This document shows, piece by piece, positions 7,840-14,830 of a stretch of 24,000 nt of DNA; positions within the stretch are counted from its first letter, which is position 1; every line of letters starts with the position of its first letter. Under the pieces are notes generated by a model, which saw only the letters and a list, made by a program, of their open reading frames with translations, was not told the DNA's origin and made no database searches. The translations under genes and the position numbers were made by a program. The stretch spans positions 6,034 to 30,033 of the forward strand of contig QZIR01000001.1 of NCBI GenBank assembly GCA_003604975.1, read 5' to 3'. Source of the DNA: Desulforudis sp. (GTDB lineage: Bacteria > Bacillota > Desulfotomaculia > Desulfotomaculales > Desulforudaceae).

Positions 7840-9861
7840 TTGAAAAACTACACGGTCGATAAGATTCGAAATGTCGGGGTCGTGGCTCACGGGGGCGCTG
7901 GTAAGACCTCGTTGACCGAAGCCATGCTTTTTAATACGGGTGTTTTATCTCGGTTGGGTCGGATTGAGGACGGCACCACCACGTCCGACTACCATCCGGA
8001 AGAAGCCAAGAAGGGCATGACCATCCACACCAGCATCGTGCCCGCGGAGTGGAAGGGTGTAAAGATCAACCTGCTGGACACGCCCGGATTCACGGATTTT
8101 GTCGGTGAGGTAAGGGCTGCCCTGCGTGTTTCGGACGCCGCGCTGTTTGTGGTCAGCGCCGTCGACAGTGTTGAGGTCATGACCGAGGTCTTCTGGGATG
8201 ACACCGACAAGCGGGAATTGCCGCGCCTGGTCTTCATGAATAAGCTCGATCGCGAAAACGCCAATTTCGATAAAGTGCTTGATGACCTGAAGGAGAAGTT
8301 TGAGGCTAATTTCGTACCCTTCACGCTGCCCATTGGGATGGCCGAGACCTTCAGCGGGGTGGTGAACCTGGTTGAGGGCAAGGCTTACACCTACAGGGAC
8401 GGCAAGCCCACCGAAACGGATATCCCCGCCGATATCAAGGACCAGCTGGACGACTACCTGGAGAAGCTGGCCGAGGCGGCCGCCGAGGCCGATGACGACC
8501 TGCTAACGAAGTACCTTGACGGCGAGACGCTGACTCCCGAGGAAATCCGTATGGGCTTGCGCGCCGGACTGGCCGAGGGCAAGTTTGTTCCCGTGTTGTG
8601 CGGGTCGGCGACCAAGAACATGGGCACCGACATCCTGCTCGACACCATCGCTGAATACTTCCCGGTTCCGACTGTGGATCAGGATGCGCCGCTAGCGTGC
8701 CTGGTGTTCAAGACCATGGCGGACCCGTTCGTTGGCCGGATGAATTTCCTGCGGGTTTACTCCGGAACCCTCAAGAGCGACAGCACGGTCTACAACGCGA
8801 ACAAGGAGAAGCCGGAAAAGATCGGGCAAATCTTCTATGTACGGGGCAAGAACCAGCAGACCACCGAGCAGGTCCCCGCCGGAGATATTTGTGTACTGGT
8901 GAAGCTCCAGGACACGACCACGGGAGACACCCTGTGTTTGAAGGATAAACCGGTGGTTCTGGATGGTATCGATTTTCCGTCGCCGACCCTGTCCCTGGCG
9001 ATCTCGACCAAGGTCCAGGGCGAGGAGGACAAACTGTCCACGGCGCTTGCCCGTCTGCAGGAGGAAGAACCCACGATCCGTATCTCCAGGAACCTGGAGA
9101 CCAAGCAGACCCTGCTCACCGGCATGGGTGAGGCCCAATTGGACATTGTGGTAGAGCGTTTCAGGCGTAAGTACGGGCTGGAAGTGGTCCTGTCACCGGA
9201 GCGGATCCCGTACCGGGAAACGATCCGGACCGAGACTAAGGTCGAAGGGAAGCACAAGAAGCAGTCCGGCGGCCGTGGCCAGTACGGGCACGTCTGGATC
9301 CGGATGGAGCCCCTCACCGACGGCACTGATTTCAAGTTCAGTGAGGAGGTCTTTGGCGGGGCGGTACCGAACAACTACTTCCCGGCTGTAGAGAAGGGTG
9401 TCCGGGAGTCGATGACCGAGGGCGTTCTAGCCGGTTATCCGGTTACCGGCCTCGGCGTGGTCCTTTACGACGGATCCTACCACCCGGTGGACTCTTCGGA
9501 AATGGCCTTCAAGATCGCCGCTTCGATGGCCTTCAAGAAGGGCATGCAGCAGGCCAAGCCGGTGCTGCTCGAGCCGATTATGGAAGTTGAGGTTACCGTG
9601 CCCGAGGCCTTCACCGGGGACATCATCAGCGACCTGAACACCAAGCGGGGCCGGGTGCTCGGAATGGAACCGGCCGGGCGGGTGACCATGATCCGGGCCC
9701 ATGTGCCCAAGGCGGAACTCTCCCGCTACGCCATCGACCTGAAGGCGATGACCCAGGGCCGGGCCTCGTTCAAGATGGAGTTCAGCTCCTACGAGGAAGT
9801 CCCGGGACGCCTGGCCGATGACATCGTTAAGAAGGCACAGGCCGAAAAGGAAGACAGCTAA
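7840..9861 (+). CDS. Elongation factor G paralogue (EF-G-like translational GTPase)
   Basis: 673 aa with a TTG start after AAGGGGG. G1 is [10 protein letters not shown]3 is DTPG and G4 is NKLD, followed by EF-G domain II-V-like sequence ([55 protein letters not shown]). Confidence 0.85.
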   Translation: MKNYTVDKIRNVGVVAHGGAGKTSLTEAMLFNTGVLSRLGRIEDGTTTSDYHPEEAKKGMTIHTSIVPAEWKGVKINLLDTPGFTDFVGEVRAALRVSDAALFVVSAVDSVEVMTEVFWDDTDKRELPRLVFMNKLDRENANFDKVLDDLKEKFEANFVPFTLPIGMAETFSGVVNLVEGKAYTYRDGKPTETDIPADIKDQLDDYLEKLAEAAAEADDDLLTKYLDGETLTPEEIRMGLRAGLAEGKFVPVLCGSATKNMGTDILLDTIAEYFPVPTVDQDAPLACLVFKTMADPFVGRMNFLRVYSGTLKSDSTVYNANKEKPEKIGQIFYVRGKNQQTTEQVPAGDICVLVKLQDTTTGDTLCLKDKPVVLDGIDFPSPTLSLAISTKVQGEEDKLSTALARLQEEEPTIRISRNLETKQTLLTGMGEAQLDIVVERFRRKYGLEVVLSPERIPYRETIRTETKVEGKHKKQSGGRGQYGHVWIRMEPLTDGTDFKFSEEVFGGAVPNNYFPAVEKGVRESMTEGVLAGYPVTGLGVVLYDGSYHPVDSSEMAFKIAASMAFKKGMQQAKPVLLEPIMEVEVTVPEAFTGDIISDLNTKRGRVLGMEPAGRVTMIRAHVPKAELSRYAIDLKAMTQGRASFKMEFSSYEEVPGRLADDIVKKAQAEKEDS

Positions 9862-9882
9862 AGCTTTAGAACCCGCAATAAG

Positions 9883-9914
9883 AGGCCCGTGACCGCTCCG
9901 GTCACGGGCCTTTA
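9883..9914 (+). terminator. Stem-loop terminator after the EF-G paralogue
   Basis: AGGCCCGTGACCG (9883-9895) and CGGTCACGGGCCT (9899-9911) form a perfect 13-bp inverted repeat followed by TTTA. The T-tract is short. Confidence 0.6.
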
Positions 9915-9934
9915 TAGTGCCAGTTTACGCAATC

Positions 9935-10090
9935 TTACAATTCAATCTGCTCCCAGACCTTCGAAGCACGGAACAGTTCAAAGAGGTCCGGATCTAGTTT
10001 GCCGTCCTTCACCATGAACCCCAGGATGTTGAGGGCCTTCTCCACCGGCATCGCCTTTTTGTAGGGGCGGTCCCTTGCAATACAAATCGA
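9935..10090 (-). pseudogene. C-terminal remnant of an HD-GYP-type phosphodiesterase gene
   Basis: The minus strand reads [51 protein letters not shown] and stops at 9935-9937. The DRPYKKA...A..IL.....G.LDP.LF.LF pattern is the extreme C-terminus of HD-GYP domains. The frame is closed by TAA at 10091-10093, and no HD or GYP motif is recognisable upstream. Confidence 0.6.
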
Positions 10091-10171
10091 TTATCAGCAC
10101 TGGAAACCATTTCTACCTGTATATCGGTTCTCCTTTAACCGGCACCCATTTATCACACCTTTTTACGATTC

Positions 10172-10251
10172 TTGATAAATTCCGACCGAAACCGCCAATG
10201 CTTTTCCAGATTGAGCAGGAATTTTATTCCGCGGTTAGAATACTTTATCAA
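10172..10251. repeat. Nested inverted-repeat element in an AT-richer non-coding patch
   Basis: The outer arms TTGATAAA (10172-10179) and TTTATCAA (10244-10251) enclose AACCGC (10190-10195)/GCGGTT (10231-10236), which in turn enclose GGAAT-TTT-ATTCC (10218-10230). Confidence 0.5.
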
Positions 10252-10317
10252 CGCCGTCGATTTGTGTCTCCCGCGTCGCCGGTGTAACGGATCATGGTTC
10301 GGAATAAGGGATTGTCG

Positions 10318-10653
10318 ATGAACATCTTCTGTTGGCTCCTCGTGGGGCACCTGGTCGGAGACTTCCTGCTACAGACACGGTGGATGGCTGACCGCAAAGC
10401 AAACGCCTGGGCTCCGCTCCTGGCGCATTCGCTGCTTTACACCACAGCGATTGCCGTGTTTGGTTATATCGGGGGCGGACTGAGCTGGCTGGTTCTGCTA
10501 GTGGTGCTGATAAGTCACGTCATCCTGGACAGACGTGGTCTCGTCCGCTTCTGGGTGCGGTATGTTAATAAGGCCGACGACCTGTTGTGGATGCGGATTG
10601 TTATTGACCAAATCTGGCATATTTTGGTCTTGGCCTTGATAACCCTTATCTAA
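10318..10653 (+). CDS. DUF3307-like integral membrane protein
   Basis: MNIFCWLLVGHLVGDFLLQTRWMA..K plus three further hydrophobic segments. The HxxxDFxLQ opening is what I recall for DUF3307. AAGGGA lies 6 nt before ATG 10318; the ORF is open from ATG 10294. Confidence 0.6.
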   Translation: MNIFCWLLVGHLVGDFLLQTRWMADRKANAWAPLLAHSLLYTTAIAVFGYIGGGLSWLVLLVVLISHVILDRRGLVRFWVRYVNKADDLLWMRIVIDQIWHILVLALITLI

Positions 10654-10680
10654 GCTACTTGGTTACAAAGAATTTAAAAG

Positions 10681-11313
10681 GTGATGAGATTGAGGAACAT
10701 TAGCCTGCCTGCCCTTGACATTGGAATGGTGCGGGAGACTGCCCGAAATTGGCGGCCCTACCTGCTGGGTATGGGGGTTCTTTTGATGCTCTTTCTTGGT
10801 GTCTGGGGGGCGCTGGCGTCAGCCACCATCAAAGCCCAGGCTAATGTCCGTGACCTTCAGGAAAGGCGGGTCGTAGTGGAGCGGGAAGTAGCCACCCTGC
10901 AGGAATACGCCGACATCGAGGTCAGGGCGGTGAGCGCCGAAAAACTAGTCCAGCAGGCCCTGGGTACCAACCCCGACTGGCAGGCCCTGCTAACCAGTAT
11001 CGGGCGGGATCTCCCGAATGGTGTCTGGATAACCGAGTTTACGGCTTCATATAAAGCCGGATCCGGAGCCACGCAAGCAGACACAGCGACGGCAGGAAGT
11101 GGGGAACTGTTACTCCGTGGTTGGGGCGCCAACCATGCGGAAGTTGCCACGTGGGTGGACGGCATTGCAGTTTTACCGGGGCTCGCTGATGTCCGCTACC
11201 AGTTTACCAGCAAGGATAAAGTGGATGGTCGGGACGTGGTCCGGTTCGAGGTCAAGACCACCCTACTCCCGGGTGAGCCCTACCAGCCGGCAGTAAGAGG
11301 GGGGGTACGGTAG
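10681..11313 (+). CDS. pilN: Type IV pilus assembly protein PilN-like (TM + coiled coil + PilN core)
   Basis: Short cytoplasmic N-terminus (RNISLPALD), one TM helix (YLLGMGVLLMLFLGVWGAL), a coiled-coil segment, then LLTSIGRDLPNGVWITEFTA....LLLRGWGANHAEVATWVDGI, typical of PilN. The start is ambiguous (GTG 10681, ATG 10684 or TTG 10690). It is followed by pilO with a 1-nt overlap. Confidence 0.7.
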   Translation: MMRLRNISLPALDIGMVRETARNWRPYLLGMGVLLMLFLGVWGALASATIKAQANVRDLQERRVVVEREVATLQEYADIEVRAVSAEKLVQQALGTNPDWQALLTSIGRDLPNGVWITEFTASYKAGSGATQADTATAGSGELLLRGWGANHAEVATWVDGIAVLPGLADVRYQFTSKDKVDGRDVVRFEVKTTLLPGEPYQPAVRGGVR

Positions 11314-11876
11314 TGGACGAGTTAAAGGCTTTACTGGTGAAGATCCTGCCCTTTGCCCTCATCGCCGTTGTTCTCATCGGGATAGGCATTCTTATTCAGT
11401 CCCAGGTCCACGCCCTTGCGTATGCCATGAACGCTGCCGCGAACGAACAGTTGGCCATTGCCCAAGCTGAGGCCCGCTTACAGATCCTTCTTCAGTACAA
11501 GGCAAATGAATCGATTTTGAAGGAACGTATGGCCAGAGCGGAACGGCTTATCCCGGTCGAGGCCGCCGAGGGCACTCTCGTGAAAGACATCCAGGCCACG
11601 GCCGACCTCGCTAACACCAAGTTCGTTCAGGTCCGCTTCGACAAGTACATCCCGGGCCAAGAATACACTACAATCCCGTTGCAGATTAGCTTTGAGGGAC
11701 GCTACCAAGGTCTCCTGGTTTTACTGGACAGCCTCCGTGACCGTTCCCGCGCCGTCCGGGTCGATGAAATCAGAATCGGCCAGGGAAATCAAGCTCTACC
11801 CCAAATCAAAGCCGATATCAAGGCAAATGCCTTCTGCCGTGCGGGGGACAGAGCGGTACAACCCGCTAAACCTTAG
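11313..11876 (+). CDS. pilO: Type IV pilus assembly protein PilO-like
   Basis: GTG start overlapping the pilN stop (TAGTG). It has an N-terminal TM (ILPFALIAVVLIGIGILI), a coiled coil, then IPVEAAEGTLVKDIQ...YTTIPLQISFEGRYQGLLVLLDSL....VRVDEIRI, the PilO pattern. Confidence 0.7.
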   Translation: MDELKALLVKILPFALIAVVLIGIGILIQSQVHALAYAMNAAANEQLAIAQAEARLQILLQYKANESILKERMARAERLIPVEAAEGTLVKDIQATADLANTKFVQVRFDKYIPGQEYTTIPLQISFEGRYQGLLVLLDSLRDRSRAVRVDEIRIGQGNQALPQIKADIKANAFCRAGDRAVQPAKP

Positions 11877-11927
11877 TCGTGAAAAAATAAAACTCACCTT
11901 CCTGCTCAGGACTCAGAGTTCTCACAC

Positions 11928-12126
11928 TTAGTCGCGATCACAGGATGAATGGTCTCCCTGGAACACGTCGGCGTCCCACACGCCCTCGTGGATGTGGCCA
12001 TCGGGGAAGATCATCTTGCCGTGGCCGTGCATGTAGCCGTCCTTGAATTCGCCGACTAAAGTAAACAAACACAGCAATGCTTACTGCTAATAGGGACAAG
12101 ATAGCGGTTCGTGCTTTCATAATCAT
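11928..12126 (-). pseudogene. Small signal-anchored MORN-repeat protein gene interrupted by a +1 frameshift (or sequencing indel)
   Basis: GGAGGATGATTATG gives MIMKARTAILSLLAVSIAVFVYF in frame A, but the rest of that ORF is an Arg/Pro-rich out-of-frame-looking tail. The +1 frame from about 12060 reads (L)VGEFKDGYMHGHGKMIFPDGHIHEGVWDADVFQGDHSSCDRD and stops at 11928-11930, a clear MORN repeat (YxGxxxxGxxHGxGxxxxxxG). Confidence 0.55.
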
Positions 12127-12147
12127 CCTCCAAAGTCGGGCAATAGT

Positions 12148-12189
12148 GAAAAGGCTCCCCGGAAAACGATTCTCCCAGGGAACCTTTTC
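12148..12189 (-). terminator. Long imperfect hairpin downstream of the major pilin gene
   Basis: GAAAAGGCTCCCCGG (12148-12162) pairs with CCAGGGAACCTTTTC (12175-12189): 15 positions with 2 mismatches and a 12-nt loop. There is no clean U-tract, so terminator function is inferred from its position after pilA. Confidence 0.4.
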
Positions 12190-12190
12190 A

Positions 12191-12249
12191 ATAAGTTAAT
12201 AAGTTAAGTGCCTGGCACCGTTAGTTCTCTTAGTTCTCTCATGGCACCG
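12191..12249. repeat. Cluster of short tandem/direct repeats in the pilA 3' flank
   Basis: ATAAGTTA x2 (12191-12206); the palindrome GTGCCTGGCAC (12208-12218); and TGGCACCG (12213-12220) - T - TAGTTCTCT x2 (12222-12239) - CA - TGGCACCG (12242-12249). Confidence 0.8.
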
Positions 12250-12253
12250 ATTC

Positions 12254-12622
12254 CTAGTATGTATGGCCATTGGGGCATGCAGCAACTCCGTCAGTAATAG
12301 TTAGCGCACCACCGTCGGGACACGTTGGAGCGGCTTTAAGTAATCCGGCCTCAACTAGTGTAGATATGGCGTCCACGTCGGCTAGTGTGCGACCCGACCC
12401 GCCAGCAACCCATTGAGCAGCTGCGCCATCTACAGTTCTCAGTGAAGCTTGGCAGGCCCGTTCCGCAGCGTTTGACGTGACGTTATTGTACACGGGAATT
12501 GCAATGGCCACCAGGATACCGATGATGATCACCACGACCATCAATTCAACCAAGGTGAAGCCTTTCTGGCTCTTCAGAAGACCCTTTTCGCTCTTCATCG
12601 CGCAGGACATCCTGTAAAACAT
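12254..12622 (-). CDS. pilA: Type IV major pilin (prepilin with class III signal peptide)
   Basis: ...KSQKG/FTLVELMVVVIIIGILVAIAIPVY is the canonical prepilin cleavage/methylation motif plus hydrophobic alpha1-N. The mature part is ~101 aa with C-terminal cysteines (PTCPDG...AACPNG). AGGAGGTG lies 7 nt before ATG 12622 (21-aa leader); internal ATG 12598 would give a 13-aa leader. Confidence 0.9.
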   Translation of the reverse strand: MFYRMSCAMKSEKGLLKSQKGFTLVELMVVVIIIGILVAIAIPVYNNVTSNAAERACQASLRTVDGAAAQWVAGGSGRTLADVDAISTLVEAGLLKAAPTCPDGGALTITDGVAACPNGHTY

Positions 12623-12699
12623 CTAGTTTCACCTCCTTCCCAAAAAGGATCAATAATCTTAGCCAAACTGATATTGACTTTAGTAGTTCTTACTAGGTT

Positions 12700-12725
12700 A
12701 TACCAGGTACTTCCGATTTTTAGAC
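12700..12725 (-). promoter_or_regulatory. Candidate sigmaB-type promoter upstream of pilA
   Basis: The minus strand reads GTCTAA (12725-12720) - 14 nt - TGGTAT (12705-12700). The B. subtilis sigmaB consensus is GTTTAA-N12-15-GGGTAT, so each hexamer matches 5 of 6. It lies ~78 nt upstream of the pilA ATG. Confidence 0.4.
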
Positions 12726-12792
12726 ACATTAAAAAGAAAATCTTTGAAAACATCAGGGTTAAACCCAGACGCTTTCAAACTAAAAGAACTAG

Positions 12793-13509
12793 TTAAGCCA
12801 GATTATGGGCCATCTGGGTCAACCCACAGTGCAGCAGACGGGAAACCCGGCGCTGGCTGATACCCAGTTTCCTTGCTGCCTGGGCCTGGGTCAAGTCTTG
12901 GTAAAAAATCAGATACACGACCCTTCGCTGCAAGCCATTCAGGTGTTCTACCGCCTGGCGGACCGCGATCCGGTCCTCGATGGGCAGTTGGAAGCTTTCA
13001 TAGCGGATGCGCCTGATGCGCGATAGGTCTAGTTCGTCGAGGCTCACGCTGCCCGCCCGTAAAGCTTCCTGAACGCCTTCCTTTCGAATGTTGACTGCTT
13101 CGGCGATGGCCTCCAGGCTGGGGGGCTCGCCGCTACGCTGGAGCAACTTGTCTGATGCCCGGTGGATGCGCGCCTGCAGGTCGAACACCCAGCCCGGTCG
13201 GTCGAAAGAGGCTTCGCGGCGCAGCTCGTGGCGAATCTCGCCCATTATGCAATGCGAGGCGTAGGTAACGAACTTGACGTTGCGTTCCGGATCAAACCGT
13301 CGTAAAGCCTTCAAAAGACCCTCATATCCGGCCTGAACCAGGTCATCCGGAGGGCCGTTGCCCGAGAATAAGCGGGCAAAATGGTGCACCAGTTGGCTTC
13401 CCGATTCCACAACCCTACGTAGACGTTCTTCGTTACGGTCGATGAGATAGGTCTGGACTGCCGATTCCAGGTTTGGGTGTTTAGAAGGGTTTAGTGACGC
13501 ACTCATCAC
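12793..13509 (-). CDS. RNA polymerase sigma factor, group 3 (SigB/SigF/SigG/FliA-type), orphan
   Basis: 238 aa. Region 2 is DLVQAGYEGLLKALRRFDPERNVKFVTYASHCIMGEIRHELR. A region 3 helix follows, and region 4 is LQRRVVYLIFYQDLTQAQAARKLGISQRRVSRLL. GGGAGG RBS; start at GTG 13509 or ATG 13506. No anti-sigma or anti-anti-sigma gene is adjacent. Confidence 0.85.
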   Translation of the reverse strand: MMSASLNPSKHPNLESAVQTYLIDRNEERLRRVVESGSQLVHHFARLFSGNGPPDDLVQAGYEGLLKALRRFDPERNVKFVTYASHCIMGEIRHELRREASFDRPGWVFDLQARIHRASDKLLQRSGEPPSLEAIAEAVNIRKEGVQEALRAGSVSLDELDLSRIRRIRYESFQLPIEDRIAVRQAVEHLNGLQRRVVYLIFYQDLTQAQAARKLGISQRRVSRLLHCGLTQMAHNLA

Positions 13510-13584
13510 ATCTCAACCTCCCAATTGACGGTCCGACGTACTCGGGATGAACCATTATGTCAGAAAAGAATTCACACTTGTATG

Positions 13585-14802
13585 CTAGTTTCCGATTCTC
13601 TTGACCAGCTCCTCGATCTGGGCGATCTTTTCGGGTGTTTCCTCCACCCACAATACGTAGAAGGGGGTATCGAAACTACCGGACAAGTTGCGTGAGATAT
13701 GCATATTCCCAACCGGCACACCTGAGAGCTCACTCAATAGATGGCGTTTTGCGTTCAATTCCTCAAAGGCGTTTTTGTCACCGCCACCGGTAGCCGAGGC
13801 CACAGGCACCCGGATCTTCTTTCGGGTACCGTCAATACTGACCAAAGCGTTCCGCACCTGGCTTTCCAGGTACGGGGGACAGATCACCAGCAGTTCCTGC
13901 GTATACTCGGGATAGTTGAATGTGGTCGTGTTCACCTGAAAGGGGAATCCCGCCAGACGTTCCCGGGCGTCCTTGGCGGTGATGTTCTTCAGTTGATACA
14001 CGAAGACCTTACTTTCCCTTCCGTCCAAGGTATCGACTTCCCTGATCAGGGCTTCAACCTGGGCCCAGCGGGCAAACACCCTGGTGTCAAACACCAGTAG
14101 CCGGTTCTTCAGCTTTAGGGACTGCCTGGGCTTGATGCCAGCGTTCTCCAGGACCTCGAGCGCCCTTTCCGGGGAAATCTGGGTTAGGGTGATAGACCGA
14201 AAGTCCAGGGACATATCATTGACCGGCCTATCCACGGTGTTGATCAGTTCCTGCAGCTTGTGCAGCGCCTGTGGTGTGCCCTGGGCCCAGATGACGTTCA
14301 GACCGGGGTCGAGGGTGAGGCTGGTCAGGGGGATGTCGAGGGCGGTGATCAGGGTCTTGATTTCACCCGCGGGGACAAAAAGCAGGTCGAACCGGGTCAG
14401 GATCAGCTGCTTGAAAAAGCTGTTCTGCAATTGTTCCGGCTCACCGACAATAATCAAATCGCCTTCGCGCAGGTAGGCCAGACCCTGGCTCTGGAGAATC
14501 AGTTCCAGTGCCTGGACGGGAGATGAATCCTGGACCCGGAAGCTTACTTTGTCCGGCTCCACAATCAGGATGATACCCACATCCATCTTGATTGCGAGGG
14601 CGGTCAAGACGTCCCGCAGGTCAGCGTCCCGTACGTCCAGTGTGATGTTCTCACTACTCTGAGGGGCGGCTTCGGCCACACTAAGCCGGATTCTGTTAGC
14701 AATACTGGTGGCATCCTGGTTATCCCAGCCAGCGGCCATTAAGAGCAGGGCTACCGCACAAACGGCCACAATCAAGAGGCGGAAACCTTTATTGATAACC
14801 AC
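13585..14802 (-). CDS. Membrane-anchored PilQ-like protein made only of secretin N0 (STN) and N1-type (Secretin_N-like) domains; no secretin pore domain
   Basis: After a TM helix (FRLLIVAVCAVALLLMAAG) comes ITLDVRDADLRDVLTALAIKMDVGIILIVEPDKVSFRVQDSSPVQALELILQSQGLAYLREGDLIIV, an STN/N0 pattern as in PilQ. Three units of ~60 aa follow with the Secretin_N pattern (LTRFDLLFVPAGEIKTLITAL..., FRSITLTQISPERALEVLENAG..., VFVYQLKNITAKDARERLAGF...), then a degenerate fourth (..YVLWVEETPEKIAQIEELVKRI). The protein ends there, 75 nt before the sigma gene. The preferred start is GTG 14802 after AGGGGTGA. The ORF is open to ATG 14967, but that extension is AT-rich and looks non-coding. Confidence 0.75.
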   Translation of the reverse strand: MVINKGFRLLIVAVCAVALLLMAAGWDNQDATSIANRIRLSVAEAAPQSSENITLDVRDADLRDVLTALAIKMDVGIILIVEPDKVSFRVQDSSPVQALELILQSQGLAYLREGDLIIVGEPEQLQNSFFKQLILTRFDLLFVPAGEIKTLITALDIPLTSLTLDPGLNVIWAQGTPQALHKLQELINTVDRPVNDMSLDFRSITLTQISPERALEVLENAGIKPRQSLKLKNRLLVFDTRVFARWAQVEALIREVDTLDGRESKVFVYQLKNITAKDARERLAGFPFQVNTTTFNYPEYTQELLVICPPYLESQVRNALVSIDGTRKKIRVPVASATGGGDKNAFEELNAKRHLLSELSGVPVGNMHISRNLSGSFDTPFYVLWVEETPEKIAQIEELVKRIGN

Positions 14803-14814
14803 AGTCTCACCCCT

Positions 14815-14830
14815 AATCCATTGATGGATT
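14815..14830. promoter_or_regulatory. 16-bp palindrome (possible operator) at the 5' end of the PilQ-N-like gene
   Basis: AATCCAT-TG-ATGGATT has perfect 7-bp arms with a 2-nt spacer, too short to fold as an RNA hairpin. It sits 13 nt upstream of the preferred GTG start in the divergent pilB / pilQ-N-like intergenic region. Confidence 0.35.

Noticed and set aside
10094-10160. Degenerate HHE(R)YDGSGYP-like stretch (KENRYTGRNGFQ) upstream of the HD-GYP remnant on the minus strand
   Set aside because: Only 3-4 identities, and the spacing to the DRPYKK motif is ~25 residues too short. This cannot be distinguished from chance by eye.
12213-12249. Two TGGCAC motifs that look like sigma54 -24 elements
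   Set aside because: Neither is followed at the correct spacing by a TTGC -12 element. Both are on the plus strand pointing antisense into pilA, and they are better explained as the direct repeat TGGCACCG bracketing a tandem duplication.
12254-12622. Possibility that the major pilin is a conductive Geobacter-type e-pilin
   Set aside because: The mature protein is ~101 aa with a globular C-terminal domain and few aromatics (about 4), unlike the truncated, ~60-aa, aromatic-dense e-pilins.
12623-12792. c-di-GMP riboswitch (GEMM-I/II) upstream of the major pilin, as in Clostridioides difficile pilA1
   Set aside because: Reading the minus strand, I found none of the conserved cores (GGCAAACC...GGGACGCAAAGCC for class I; ACGCAC...CCCGCA-type pseudoknot for class II). 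The region is AT-rich with little stem potential. A covariance-model scan would be needed for certainty.
13510-13584. SigF/SigG-like promoter (GCATA ... CATAATG) in front of the orphan sigma factor gene
   Set aside because: The spacer between GCATA and CATAATG is 21 nt, against the 15-18 nt expected for forespore sigma promoters. The match is too weak to report as a feature.
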